A stretch of DNA of 64,000 bases. Source: Deltaproteobacteria bacterium (GTDB lineage: Bacteria > JAGRBM01 > JAHCIT01). Where the stretch lies: positions 122,245 to 186,244 of the forward strand of contig JAHCIT010000001.1 in NCBI GenBank assembly GCA_026129095.1. Reading direction: 5' to 3'. This document shows positions 40,298-49,644 of this stretch, one piece after another. Both the position numbers and the translations under genes were made by a program. The notes beneath the pieces are model-generated. The model was given only the letters and a program-made list of their open reading frames with translations, was not told where the DNA came from and did no database searches. Each line of letters opens with the position of its first letter. Position 1 is the stretch's first letter.

Positions 40298-40311
40298 CCG
40301 GATAGCCGCGG

Positions 40312-41709
40312 ATGCGGATACTTGCCATCATTCACAACTTTCCCCCAGCTCACCGGGCCGGGTCGGAGACCTATGCGCTGCATCTGGCGACGGCACTCCG
40401 TGCGGAGTCCCCGGACATTGCTGTCAGCGTCATCTCAACCGATACCCGGCCGCATGAAGCGCCCTATGCCGTGCGGCGGTACGAACTTGATGGCATGGAA
40501 GTGTACGAGATCAACCAGCCCCAGGATCACATCCGGTTCTCGGACAGTTTTAGCGACCGGTTCATCGAGAGGCATGTCGCAACACGAATCGAGGTATTCA
40601 GGCCTGATGTGGTGCATATCCATCATCTGATGCACCTGTCGGCCGGTATCGTGGGAATCATTCCGCCAGATGCGGCACGGGTAATGCACCTGCATGATTA
40701 CTGGCTCTCCTGCCCACGAGGGGGACTCCGCATGGATGCTTCCGGTGGCCTGTGCGGGCAGATTGATCCCCAAAAATGCGCCCGCTGTATTGCCGGGGAA
40801 TATGCGGACATTTCCGCTCCCGGACGGCTGGCCGAGCGGTGGGAGAGCCTTGCCCCAATACCCGTCGAGGCTGCATCCCTCGCTGGCGGTGGTTCGGTAC
40901 GCCGCCTGATACGCGCCGCCGTCACCCGGATGGGACCACCCGCCGGGCTTCCTCCCAAGTACAATCCGGAAGCCGTACGTTCGGACCTTGCTTTACGGCG
41001 TACAGCATTGACCGAAGCAGCGGCCGGTATCGACCGGTTCATCGCGCCATCCCGTTTCCTGCGCGATGAAATGATCCGCTGGGGTCTTCCGGAATCCCGC
41101 ATCATCTATTCTGACTACGGGTTCCAGTCTCCCCGCGAGACCGTGGCACATTCCCGTGGCGGACCATTCACCATCGGATTCGCCGGCACCCTCGCTCCCC
41201 ACAAAGGCGCGCATGTGCTCATCGAGGCATTCCGCAACCTGTTCGGCCGTACCCGGAGCCCTGTTGCACTCCGGATCTTCGGAAACCGCAGCCATTTCCC
41301 TTCCTATGTCCGGATGCTGGACAGCCTGGCGAGGGGGCTCCCGGTCGAATGGGCAGGTCCTTTCGATGACGCCGGGCGGGATGCAGCCTACCGGTCGCTA
41401 GACGTGCTGGTGGTTCCCAGCCTGTGGTGGGAGAACTCCCCGCTCACGATACACGAAGCCTGGCAGCGCGGGGTACCTGCGGTCGTGTCGGACCTGGGCG
41501 GAATGCGGGAACTGGTTACGGATGAAACCTTGCGGTTTCCGGCCGGGGATGCCACGGCACTGGCCGGACGGCTGGTACATCTGGCCGTGGACCGGCCGCT
41601 TGTGGACCGCCTTGCCAGATCCGCACCACCGGTCAAATCCATTATGGACGATGCCCGCTGGACTCTCGGCCTGTATGAAGAGCTGGTCTCGGCGCGGAGG
41701 AGATCGTGA
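40312..41709 (+). CDS. GT4 (GT-B) glycosyltransferase
   Basis: HNFPP...GSE, PDVVHIHHL, LHDYWLSCPR, HKGAHVLIEAF, PSLWWENSPLTIHEA. Confidence 0.92.
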   Translation: MRILAIIHNFPPAHRAGSETYALHLATALRAESPDIAVSVISTDTRPHEAPYAVRRYELDGMEVYEINQPQDHIRFSDSFSDRFIERHVATRIEVFRPDVVHIHHLMHLSAGIVGIIPPDAARVMHLHDYWLSCPRGGLRMDASGGLCGQIDPQKCARCIAGEYADISAPGRLAERWESLAPIPVEAASLAGGGSVRRLIRAAVTRMGPPAGLPPKYNPEAVRSDLALRRTALTEAAAGIDRFIAPSRFLRDEMIRWGLPESRIIYSDYGFQSPRETVAHSRGGPFTIGFAGTLAPHKGAHVLIEAFRNLFGRTRSPVALRIFGNRSHFPSYVRMLDSLARGLPVEWAGPFDDAGRDAAYRSLDVLVVPSLWWENSPLTIHEAWQRGVPAVVSDLGGMRELVTDETLRFPAGDATALAGRLVHLAVDRPLVDRLARSAPPVKSIMDDARWTLGLYEELVSARRRS

Positions 41710-42605
41710 AAGAACCGTTCCGGATATCGGTTGTGGTCCCGACGCTCGACGGCGCGGATACACTCCCCGCACTGATTCATGCCCTCGATGCCCAGCAGGG
41801 GGTTGAAATCACCGAGCGGATCGCCATCGACTCCGGTTCCATTGACCGGACACGGGACATTCTGGAACGCGGACGCTTTCGCATCATCCAGCGGCCCCGG
41901 GCACTGTTCAATCATGGCTTGACACGAAATGACCTGGTCGAACTGTCCACGTCGCCGCTCGTTGCCTTTTTTTCCCAGGATGCGGTCCCGGCCGGCCCCG
42001 AAACCCTCGCCGAACTGGCGCGTCCTTTCGATCTCTCGCCCAGGGTCATGGGCAGCTACGCACGGCAGATACCGGCACCTGGAGCATCCCGCCTGGACCA
42101 GCTTCGTATCCGGCGGTCGCGCGCCGGGCGACGAGAAGCCCGCCGGGCCTCCGGGGCTGATCTTGACCGCACCCCGGCCGGGGCCCTCCTGGATCTGTGC
42201 GATTTCCATAACGCAGCTTCGATGGTCCGGCGCGATGGCTTCATGCCGTTTCCGGAGACCGAACTGGCCGAAGACCTCCAGTGGGCACACCAGGTACTAA
42301 AACACGGCGGACAGATCGCCTTTGTCCCCACGGCCCGGGTTTATCATTCTGTCGAGCGGCCGCTGCGCGAAGAGTGGGAGCGGCTGAAATCCGAAGCACG
42401 GGTGCTTGCCCGTGAGTTCGGCTATCGTCCGGCGGGCATCGGCGGCCAGCCTGCGGCGCGCACTCTCATGCGCGGCCTGATGTGGGGTGCAGCCGATGCC
42501 GCCGCCGTGCTCACGGTACCAGGACGTGCGCCGGTCCGGAGCCTGGGCCGGGCACTGGCGCTTGGCCCCATGCGGGCGCTTTCCTTCTGGAAGGAATCGA
42601 GGTGA
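41706..42605 (+). CDS. GT2 glycosyltransferase (rhamnosyltransferase-like)
   Basis: VVVPTLDG, IDSGSIDRT, FNHGLTRN, FSQDAVP, AEDLQWA; GTGA overlaps on both sides. Confidence 0.88.
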   Translation: MKEPFRISVVVPTLDGADTLPALIHALDAQQGVEITERIAIDSGSIDRTRDILERGRFRIIQRPRALFNHGLTRNDLVELSTSPLVAFFSQDAVPAGPETLAELARPFDLSPRVMGSYARQIPAPGASRLDQLRIRRSRAGRREARRASGADLDRTPAGALLDLCDFHNAASMVRRDGFMPFPETELAEDLQWAHQVLKHGGQIAFVPTARVYHSVERPLREEWERLKSEARVLAREFGYRPAGIGGQPAARTLMRGLMWGAADAAAVLTVPGRAPVRSLGRALALGPMRALSFWKESR

Positions 42606-44092
42606 CAAGCTCCGTGAGTCAGAGTCCGACACCCCTCCTGGACCGCATCGCCGCATGGACACCGCCGAAGAAGACAGCTGCCCTTGCTGCCGCGAGCGGA
42701 CTCATGTATCCGCTGGCTGTACCGCCGTGGGGACTTGTATTCACCGGCTTTCTGCAAGTGGCCCTGCTCGTTGTGGCGCTGGCGGACCAGCCGTGGCGGC
42801 GTGTGTTTACGGCTGCCTGGCTGTCAGGGACGATCTGCCAGCTCTGCATCTACTGGTGGCTCATCGACACGGTGGTCATCTTCGGAAACCTCCCATGGGC
42901 GGTAGCCGCAATCGTGTACCTTTTGTACGGCATCGGACATGGTCTGTTCATGGCGTTATCGGCATTATCGGCCCACCTGCTGATGCGCCGGGGACTTTCC
43001 AGCGTCGAAGGATGGCCACTTGGCTATGTGGCCGTTCACCTGTTCATTCCGCAGCTTTTCCCGTTCTATCTGGGTGTCGAGTTTTATACGCTCGACAGCT
43101 GGCGGCCAGCACCCCCGGATGTACGGGTCATGGCTGCCATCGTGTGCCTTGCGGGCGCTGTCACAGGCGAACTGCTCCGGCTGCGCGGACGGCTGACGGC
43201 AGAGTTTCCTGTCCCAAGAATTGCCGGATGGGCCGTGGCATTTGCGCTTCTTATCCTCCTTTCGTGGCCGCGCACGGACGATCCGGATGCCAGGACCCTT
43301 CGCGTGGCCATTGCCCAGACGGACTTCGATCTCAAATACGCACTGAAGACGGGCGACACCCAGCGCCGTTTCGACAAGATCGTGGAGATGTACCAGAGCG
43401 CCGTCGATGACGGCGCCGAACTGGTGGTTTTTTCCGAAAGCACCCTGCCCTTCCCGTTCCTGATCGAGGGACAGAATGCGCCGGCTGACCGCATGTGGGG
43501 AGCGCGGATGACCCGCACCCTGTCGGGCATCATCCAGAAGACCGGTGTCCCGATGATCGCCAGTGGTGTTGGCGTCGAGGGCCAGCGGCTGACCAACCGT
43601 GCCTTCCTGATCGAGCCGGGACCGGATGGCCGCGTGAAGGTGCAGCATTATGACAAGCGGCGGCTCCTGTGGTTCGGAGAGTATGTCCCGCTGCGCAACT
43701 GGTGGCCCAAGGCCGACGTGCTGTTCCAGGGTGTGGCGCAGTTCGACAAGGGTCCGGGCCCGGTGATCTGGGACTGGAACGGACGCCGGATCATTCCGTC
43801 AATCTGCTACGAGGCGATACTGCCCGTTTTCACCCGGTCCATCATTCCGCCGGGCGGCGGGATAGACCTCTTTATCAATCTTACCAACGACAAATGGTTT
43901 GGCCTGACGCCGGAAAAGGAACAGCATCTCATGCTGGCCACCTGGCGTTCGGCCGAGACCGGCATCCCGATGATCCGCGCCACGCTGGATGGCACCTCCG
44001 CTGTCATCGACGGCAGGGGACGGATCATCTTCCGCTCGAAACCCGGCGAGGCGGGGGTTTATCTGGTGGATGTGCCCGTGCGCGCCCGATGA
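42602..44092 (+). CDS. lnt: Apolipoprotein N-acyltransferase
   Basis: Multi-TM N-terminus; nitrilase triad FSES (E), YDKRRLLWFGEYVP (K), ICYEA (C); NLTNDKWFG; GTG start 42602. Confidence 0.92.
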   Translation: MTSSVSQSPTPLLDRIAAWTPPKKTAALAAASGLMYPLAVPPWGLVFTGFLQVALLVVALADQPWRRVFTAAWLSGTICQLCIYWWLIDTVVIFGNLPWAVAAIVYLLYGIGHGLFMALSALSAHLLMRRGLSSVEGWPLGYVAVHLFIPQLFPFYLGVEFYTLDSWRPAPPDVRVMAAIVCLAGAVTGELLRLRGRLTAEFPVPRIAGWAVAFALLILLSWPRTDDPDARTLRVAIAQTDFDLKYALKTGDTQRRFDKIVEMYQSAVDDGAELVVFSESTLPFPFLIEGQNAPADRMWGARMTRTLSGIIQKTGVPMIASGVGVEGQRLTNRAFLIEPGPDGRVKVQHYDKRRLLWFGEYVPLRNWWPKADVLFQGVAQFDKGPGPVIWDWNGRRIIPSICYEAILPVFTRSIIPPGGGIDLFINLTNDKWFGLTPEKEQHLMLATWRSAETGIPMIRATLDGTSAVIDGRGRIIFRSKPGEAGVYLVDVPVRAR

Positions 44093-44129
44093 GGGGCCGA
44101 GGCCGTTGTCTATCAGCTACACTTCCCGG

Positions 44130-44831
44130 ATGATGGCCAGCGAAACCACAGCCTTAGGCCCGCGCTCCCGCTGGCGGGTCTATATAAAGGCAGGACTGAC
44201 GCTCATCGTGCTTCTGGCCGCTGCATCGTCGTTTCTGCCACAGACAGGGCGTCCACCTGAGCAATCGCCAGTCCCGGTAGCGTGGGAGAATCCTTTCGCC
44301 GCAGCGGCGCCGGCCTCCAAGCCAGATACCCGTACGACACCCGCTTCGGTGGAAGCCGAGAAGCCGGAGCCGCCACGCGAAGTGAAGGGCTATCTCGTTA
44401 CCTCGTTCCCATTCCTCTCCAGCTTTGATTACCAGCCGCCGGACCCGGTGGGGGAGATGCTTGCCGGAGGAGCAATGTCCCGGAAGCCGGAAAGCCTCGC
44501 TCCGGAAAAGCCCGTTATCCCCAAAGAGATAATGGCGCTTTCCGGCCGGAAGATTGCCATCAAGGGCTTCATGATACCGATTGATCTCGACACCCGCGGA
44601 GTGAGGAGGTTTGCGCTCGTAAAGAACCAGCTCGCGTGCTGCTACGGCGTTATTCCCAATCCGAACGAGTGGATTTACGTGGTGATGGATGACCGGTCGA
44701 GGGCGGACTCGCTGCTCGACCAGATCATTACGGTTTACGGCACCCTGCGTATCAGCGAAACGCTGACCGAAGGCGGCATCAACAGTTTGTACCAGATGGA
44801 AGGCGAGCGGGTGACAGGGCCGGTTGATTAA
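44130..44831 (+). CDS. DUF3299-like membrane-anchored protein
   Basis: N-terminal TM; LSGRKIAIKGFMIPID, FAL...ACCYGVIPNPNEWIYV, VYGTL, YQMEG. Confidence 0.7.
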   Translation: MMASETTALGPRSRWRVYIKAGLTLIVLLAAASSFLPQTGRPPEQSPVPVAWENPFAAAAPASKPDTRTTPASVEAEKPEPPREVKGYLVTSFPFLSSFDYQPPDPVGEMLAGGAMSRKPESLAPEKPVIPKEIMALSGRKIAIKGFMIPIDLDTRGVRRFALVKNQLACCYGVIPNPNEWIYVVMDDRSRADSLLDQIITVYGTLRISETLTEGGINSLYQMEGERVTGPVD

Positions 44832-44836
44832 GCCTG

Positions 44837-45226
44837 TCAGGCGGCGCTGGCACGGATGGCTTCGTCCACGAGACCTACGATCTCGTCAATCTTGAACGGC
44901 TTGTTGAAAAAGGCATACGCGCCGGCATCCTTGGCCTGGCCCGCCGTCACCTCGTTGCCGTGGGCAGTAATCATGATTACCGGGCATGCCGGTTTTTGCC
45001 CCTTGAACTCTCCCAGCAAGGTCAGCCCGTCCGTATCGGGCAGCTTGAGGTCGAGGATGATCGCGTCCATCCGCCCGCTTTCGATGGCGAACACCCGCCG
45101 TGCCGAACTGCCATCCTCCGCCTCGAATACGTGATAACCCTCCTGGGTGAGCCGCTCGCCAAGAGACCAGCGGATGAGCATCTCGTCATCAACGATCATC
45201 AGCGCCCGCTTTCCATCTATAGGCAT
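44837..45226 (-). CDS. Single-domain response regulator (receiver only)
   Basis: IVDDE, ILDLKLPD (phospho-Asp), MITAHG, NKPF; no output domain. Confidence 0.92.
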   Translation of the reverse strand: MPIDGKRALMIVDDEMLIRWSLGERLTQEGYHVFEAEDGSSARRVFAIESGRMDAIILDLKLPDTDGLTLLGEFKGQKPACPVIMITAHGNEVTAGQAKDAGAYAFFNKPFKIDEIVGLVDEAIRASAA

Positions 45227-45262
45227 GGGGATTTTTTCACGCTCGCTTGCTGGAATTTCCAC
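45225..45262. promoter_or_regulatory. Tandem imperfect palindromes resembling the 46883-46919 sites
   Basis: Minus strand GTGGAAATTCCAGCAA (45262-45247) and GTGAAAAAATCCCCAT (45240-45225), 22 bp apart. Confidence 0.4.
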
Positions 45263-45308
45263 GTCTTGGTCCGTTTTCAGGCCTTTGGCAGGCTTCCCAA
45301 AGGAATAG

Positions 45309-45325
45309 AGCAAATGGCGGGCCAA
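45309..45325 (-). promoter_or_regulatory. Sigma54 (-24/-12) promoter of the receiver gene
   Basis: Minus strand TTGGCCCGCCATTTGCT (GG-N10-GC); IHF-like TATCAGGAATTAA at 45370-45358. Confidence 0.7.
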
Positions 45326-45515
45326 CGGTCATGGCCACAACAGCCGTGCTTGTGTCCTTAATTCCTGATAGCACCAATGACGTTCAGTGTATTCCATACA
45401 TCCGAAAAACCACCATCGCCGCGTTGCCCTGAAATGCGGCTATCGGTTCGAAAATGCGCTAGATTTTTCCGTCTGTGACTCTAATATGGACCAATCAAGG
45501 TGTTCATTCGGGTTT

Positions 45516-46877
45516 ATGGCTCAAATGCACAAAGCCTCACTTCGGGCAGTATTCACGTACTTGGGAATAGGCACCCTCTGGATCCTGCTTTCCGATGAAA
45601 TTACCAAACGTTTTTTTGATAGTTCACCGCAGGTTCAGCTTCTGAAAGGCTGGCTGTTTGTCTGCGCCACGGCGGGTCTTCTTTACTGGTTGATCCAGAA
45701 ATACACCCGCCGGGCAGTCGAGGAAGCAGGGGCGGCTCTCAGCCAAGGCACTGCCGGCCCTGACAAGGCCGATGTCGCCAGCCGGGAACTTGAGCGTGCA
45801 CGGGCCGCTCATGATTATGCCGCAGAGCGGCTCGCACAGTCGACACGCGAGCTTCAGGACATCAAGTATGCACTGGACCAGTCCACAATCCTGGCGATCA
45901 CCGACCGGCGCGGTCTCATTACCTTCGTCAACGACCAGTTTTGTACCATTTCCAAATACAGCCGGGATGAGCTGGTTGGCAAAGACCACCGGATCATCAA
46001 TTCCGGCCACCATTCCAGGGAGTTTATTGCCGATCTCTGGAGCACGATTCTTTCCGGAAGGGTCTGGCATGGCGAGATCAAGAACCGGGCAAAAGACGGC
46101 TCTTTTTACTGGGTGGACACGACCATCGTGCCGTTCATGGATGGCAGCGGCCATCCATACCAGTTCGTCGCGATCCGGCAGGACATCACCCAGCGAAAGC
46201 AGGCCCAGGACCGGCTCCGTGAGCAGGAAAGCCTCGCCCGGCTGGGGGAAATGGCAGCCGTGGTCGCCCACGAGGTAAAAAACCCGCTCGCCGGGATCTC
46301 CGGCGCCATTCAGATCATCGGAAGCCGGCTCGACCCAGACAGCCGCGAACGCAAGATCGTCGGTGAAATCATCGCCCGCATCGAGGCCCTGAACGGCCGG
46401 GTTCATGACATGCTCACCTTTGCACGACCTCGATCGCCGGTCTTGGCGCCGGTTCCAGTGCCGGAACTGGTCCAGGAAACTGTCCGCCTCGTCACGAAGG
46501 ATCCGGTATTCGGCAAGGTATCAATGACCACCGCGCTCGCCGATCTCAAAGTGAAAGCCGATGCAGAACTGGCCCGTGAAGCGCTCCTCAACCTGCTTCT
46601 GAACGCCGCCCAGGCGATGCCCCAGGGTGGAAGCATCGATATCCGTTGTGAACCGGCCAGTGATATCTGCCGGTTGCATATAACCGATAACGGTCCCGGT
46701 ATTCCCCCGGAACTGGCCTCGCGTGTTTTCGAGCCATTTATCACCACCAAGCACAAGGGAACCGGACTGGGGCTCGCCATCGCCCGCCGGACCATCCGGG
46801 AACAGGGGGGCGATATTGAGTGCCAGACCCGGCCCGGACAGGGAACGACCTTCATTCTCACGCTCCCTGTGGTCTAG
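45516..46877 (+). CDS. Membrane-anchored PAS sensor histidine kinase
   Basis: Two TM helices; PAS (VNDQFC.ISKYSRDELVGKDHRIINSG); H-box AHEVKNPL; N-box LLNLLLNAAQA; G boxes DNGPGI, FEPF, GTGLGL. Confidence 0.95.
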   Translation: MAQMHKASLRAVFTYLGIGTLWILLSDEITKRFFDSSPQVQLLKGWLFVCATAGLLYWLIQKYTRRAVEEAGAALSQGTAGPDKADVASRELERARAAHDYAAERLAQSTRELQDIKYALDQSTILAITDRRGLITFVNDQFCTISKYSRDELVGKDHRIINSGHHSREFIADLWSTILSGRVWHGEIKNRAKDGSFYWVDTTIVPFMDGSGHPYQFVAIRQDITQRKQAQDRLREQESLARLGEMAAVVAHEVKNPLAGISGAIQIIGSRLDPDSRERKIVGEIIARIEALNGRVHDMLTFARPRSPVLAPVPVPELVQETVRLVTKDPVFGKVSMTTALADLKVKADAELAREALLNLLLNAAQAMPQGGSIDIRCEPASDICRLHITDNGPGIPPELASRVFEPFITTKHKGTGLGLAIARRTIREQGGDIECQTRPGQGTTFILTLPVV

Positions 46878-46882
46878 GCCCT

Positions 46883-46919
46883 GTGGAAAGTTCCCCACCC
46901 CCAGCGGGAAATCTCCCGC
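46883..46919. promoter_or_regulatory. Tandem enhancer-like (UAS) palindromes
   Basis: GTGGAAAGTTCCCCAC (46883-46898) and GCGGGAAATCTCCCGC (46904-46919), 21 bp apart, about 145-180 bp upstream of the sigma54 promoter. Confidence 0.62.
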
Positions 46920-47006
46920 GATTTTCACCAAACTGGGTGTTGCACCACAGGTCCAAGATGCTCTCTTCTGTCGAAAAGGGTTCCCGTTTTACCTTCTAAC
47001 TCACTG

Positions 47007-47019
47007 AAAATCCTTGATG
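47007..47019 (-). promoter_or_regulatory. IHF-like site between UAS and sigma54 promoter
   Basis: Minus strand CATCAAGGATTTT versus consensus WATCAANNNNTTR, in an AT-rich tract. Confidence 0.45.
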
Positions 47020-47061
47020 TTTGTCAGCGACCACAATGCCGATACCGGTTTTGTCCACGTT

Positions 47062-47078
47062 TTGGCCCGTGAGTTGCT
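47062..47078 (+). promoter_or_regulatory. Sigma54 (-24/-12) promoter
   Basis: TTGGCCCGTGAGTTGCT (GG-N10-GC), 75 nt before the GTG at 47153. Confidence 0.75.
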
Positions 47079-47152
47079 CTACCTTGCTCCACGAAGTGCG
47101 GATGACGGCTTGAAAACAGACCATCAAGCCACATGCGAGGGGAAGGCGAGAA

Positions 47153-48061
47153 GTGAGCACCAGCAAGCACCTGTGGGCCCTGATACTGGCTGGAGGAGAC
47201 GGCACCCGGCTCCAGTCCATGCAACTGACCCGCAACGGCCAGCCCGTCCCCAAGCAGTACTACCCCTTCGATGGCCGGGCACCGATGATCCAGTGGGCCC
47301 TCGACCGGGCTGGACGGCATGTGCCCGAAGACCGCACAGTCGCCGTCGTAGCCCGTCACCACAGCCGATGGTGGAAAACCGATCTTGACGCGCTCCCGCC
47401 GGAAAACGTCATCGCACAACCCAGGAACCGCGGCACGGCTCCGGGGCTTCTGCTCCCGGTGCTCGACATCCTCCGCCGGGATCCCGAGGCGACCCTGATG
47501 GTGCTCCCCTCCGATCATTATGTGGCCGATGAGGGTGTTGTCGAAGAATCGCTGGAGCTGGCAGCAGAAGAGGCTCGCGACGGCAGCCTCGTGCTCCTTG
47601 GCATCCAGCCAGAGCATGCCAACACGGAATATGGCTGGATCGTCCCGCGCCCGGCAGGTGCTTCAGCCCAGAAAACCGCCGAAGCAGTGGACTGTTTCGT
47701 GGAAAAGCCTGACGCCACCACCGCCGAAAGACTCTTCAATGGAGGCGCGGTCTGGAACAGTTTCATGTTCACCGTGCGGGCGGACTCCCTGCTCCATATC
47801 TATGCACAAGCGCTGCCCGGACTCCTCCAGTCAATGATGGTGGCCAGCCGTTACCGCCACGACGCAGATGGCCCGCGCATTGTGGATGGCATTTACGAAC
47901 TCATTGGTGATGCCTGCTTCTCGAAGCAGGTGCTCCAGCGGGTGGTCAGCAGCCTGCGCGTAGTTCACGTCCCCTCTTGCGGATGGAGCGATCTGGGAAC
48001 TCCGGACCGGCTCGCCGTCTGCTCATCCTTCGATTCGGCACAGCTTCAGGCTGCCGCATAG
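47153..48061 (+). CDS. Sugar-phosphate nucleotidyltransferase (mannose-1-phosphate guanylyltransferase-like, N-terminal domain only)
   Basis: ILAGGDGTRL, PKQY, QPRNRGTAPG, LPSDHYV, EYGWI, FVEKP, WNSF, GWSDLGTP. Confidence 0.88.
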   Translation: MSTSKHLWALILAGGDGTRLQSMQLTRNGQPVPKQYYPFDGRAPMIQWALDRAGRHVPEDRTVAVVARHHSRWWKTDLDALPPENVIAQPRNRGTAPGLLLPVLDILRRDPEATLMVLPSDHYVADEGVVEESLELAAEEARDGSLVLLGIQPEHANTEYGWIVPRPAGASAQKTAEAVDCFVEKPDATTAERLFNGGAVWNSFMFTVRADSLLHIYAQALPGLLQSMMVASRYRHDADGPRIVDGIYELIGDACFSKQVLQRVVSSLRVVHVPSCGWSDLGTPDRLAVCSSFDSAQLQAAA

Positions 48062-48119
48062 CAACAACAGAAAAAGTTCAAATCCCGAAGTTCACCAACA
48101 AAGGAAAGGTAACACCCTC

Positions 48120-48962
48120 ATGCAGACCCAGACGATCACACACTCCAGTTCCCGCCCCAGCTATCTCCGGCCCGTCACGGCAACCGCCACACGGCCTGCA
48201 GCCGCTGCCAGCGACGAGTTCCTGAAGACCGTTCCCATCTTCCAGGGGTTGCCGGACAGCATCTTGCGCGCAGTGGCCTCGAGCCTGCGGACTGTAGGGT
48301 TTCGCCGCGGAGCACGTATCTTCACCGAGGGCCAGCAACCGGCAGCGTTTTATGTCGTCCGCCGTGGATGGGTTCGCACCGTTCGCGAGACGCTCACCGG
48401 CTACGGTGTCCTGTTCGAGATCCTCCGGCCCGGGGAAACCGTGGGCGCGGCCGCTTTCACCGACGGCGGAAACCACCTCGTGACAGCGATCGCCGGCAGT
48501 CAGACAGAACTGCTCGCCATGCCAGCAAGCACCTTCCAGGCCCTGCTCGCCCAGTCCCCGGAGCTTCAGAAGAACTTCCTGGCTGAACTGGGGCGCCGGA
48601 TGCGCTCGACGAGCGAGTGGCAGCTGCAGTCCGGCCTTGGCGTGGATGGCCGGATCGCCCGCATGCTGCTCCGTCAGGCCGAATGGCACGGGGAGGCATC
48701 TCCCCGGGGGATTACGGTACCCAAGATATTCACCTGCCAGGAACTGGCCGACATGGTCGGTTGCGCCGTTGAAACCGGGATCCGCATGCTTTCGTCTTGG
48801 CGGAACGCCGGGTTCATCACCTCTGGCCGCAACCAGTTTGTGATCCACGATCTGGAAAAGCTGGCTGCCATCGCGGGGGCCGAGGTCAGTCCGAACCTGA
48901 AAGGCCGGCTTACGCAATCCGCACGCGGCGGACGCCCCCAGCTTCACAAGGCCTGCGCATGA
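48120..48962 (+). CDS. Crp/Fnr family transcriptional regulator (no FNR Cys cluster)
   Basis: cNMP-like beta-barrel followed by HTH TCQELADMVGCAVETGIRMLS. Confidence 0.9.
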   Translation: MQTQTITHSSSRPSYLRPVTATATRPAAAASDEFLKTVPIFQGLPDSILRAVASSLRTVGFRRGARIFTEGQQPAAFYVVRRGWVRTVRETLTGYGVLFEILRPGETVGAAAFTDGGNHLVTAIAGSQTELLAMPASTFQALLAQSPELQKNFLAELGRRMRSTSEWQLQSGLGVDGRIARMLLRQAEWHGEASPRGITVPKIFTCQELADMVGCAVETGIRMLSSWRNAGFITSGRNQFVIHDLEKLAAIAGAEVSPNLKGRLTQSARGGRPQLHKACA

Positions 48963-49094
48963 CCGTAAGTAGCTGAAGCGTCCATCTGTGCTGGCCGGGG
49001 GCCCCTCTCCCTCAGGGCGAGGGGCCTTGTCCTTCCGGAAAGCCAGTTTTTCCGGTCCGCCAAAGCGACTATGATGTGGGCGGGAGGGACTCTC

Positions 49095-49580
49095 ATGAGT
49101 GAAGGCGGTGAATACCAGGTAGCCAAGCGATCAGTGCCGGTAATGGTTCGGCTTACCAATGGAAACGCCCATAAGGGAGATTTTCTTCTCGCGGCGCAGG
49201 CCGAACAGCACCACGGAGCCGAACGCGTCAAGGATCTGCTCAATGGGTCTGGCGAAATGGTCCCGCTGTTCAGCCATTTGCACAATACTCCGATCCTGCT
49301 GAACAAGCGTCATATCGAGATGGTGGAACTCACCGAGCCGGATCTCGCCAGCGATGCAGACCGCGATACCGATTTCGCCATTCACCGCCAGGCACTGCTC
49401 ATCATGGACAGCGGTTCCAAACTTCGCGGAGATCTTGTCGTGACAATGCCCTCGGGTCATGACCGGACGCTCGACTTCCTGAATCGCGGCGAGCGTTTCG
49501 TCTATCTGGAATCCCGTGACGGAACCAAAATCATCAACCTCCTGCACGTGATTGCTGTCGAGGACGCGAAGGGACATTAG
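49095..49580 (+). CDS. Hypothetical protein with two internal repeats (DUF6812-like)
   Basis: Repeat 1 VRLTNG..HKGDF...RVKDLLN..GEMVPL...LNKRHI; repeat 2 LIMDSG..LRGDL...RTLDFLNRGERFVYL...INLLHV; GGAGG RBS. Confidence 0.65.
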   Translation: MSEGGEYQVAKRSVPVMVRLTNGNAHKGDFLLAAQAEQHHGAERVKDLLNGSGEMVPLFSHLHNTPILLNKRHIEMVELTEPDLASDADRDTDFAIHRQALLIMDSGSKLRGDLVVTMPSGHDRTLDFLNRGERFVYLESRDGTKIINLLHVIAVEDAKGH

Positions 49581-49644
49581 GGCCTCCGGCCCTGTCTAGC
49601 TCTCCTGCAGGTGGATGTTAATAATACCGGCTGAGGTGGAAGGT

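Noticed and set aside
48120-48962. Crp/Fnr protein as an FNR-type oxygen sensor
   Set aside because: It lacks the N-terminal cysteine cluster; its only two Cys are in the HTH region.
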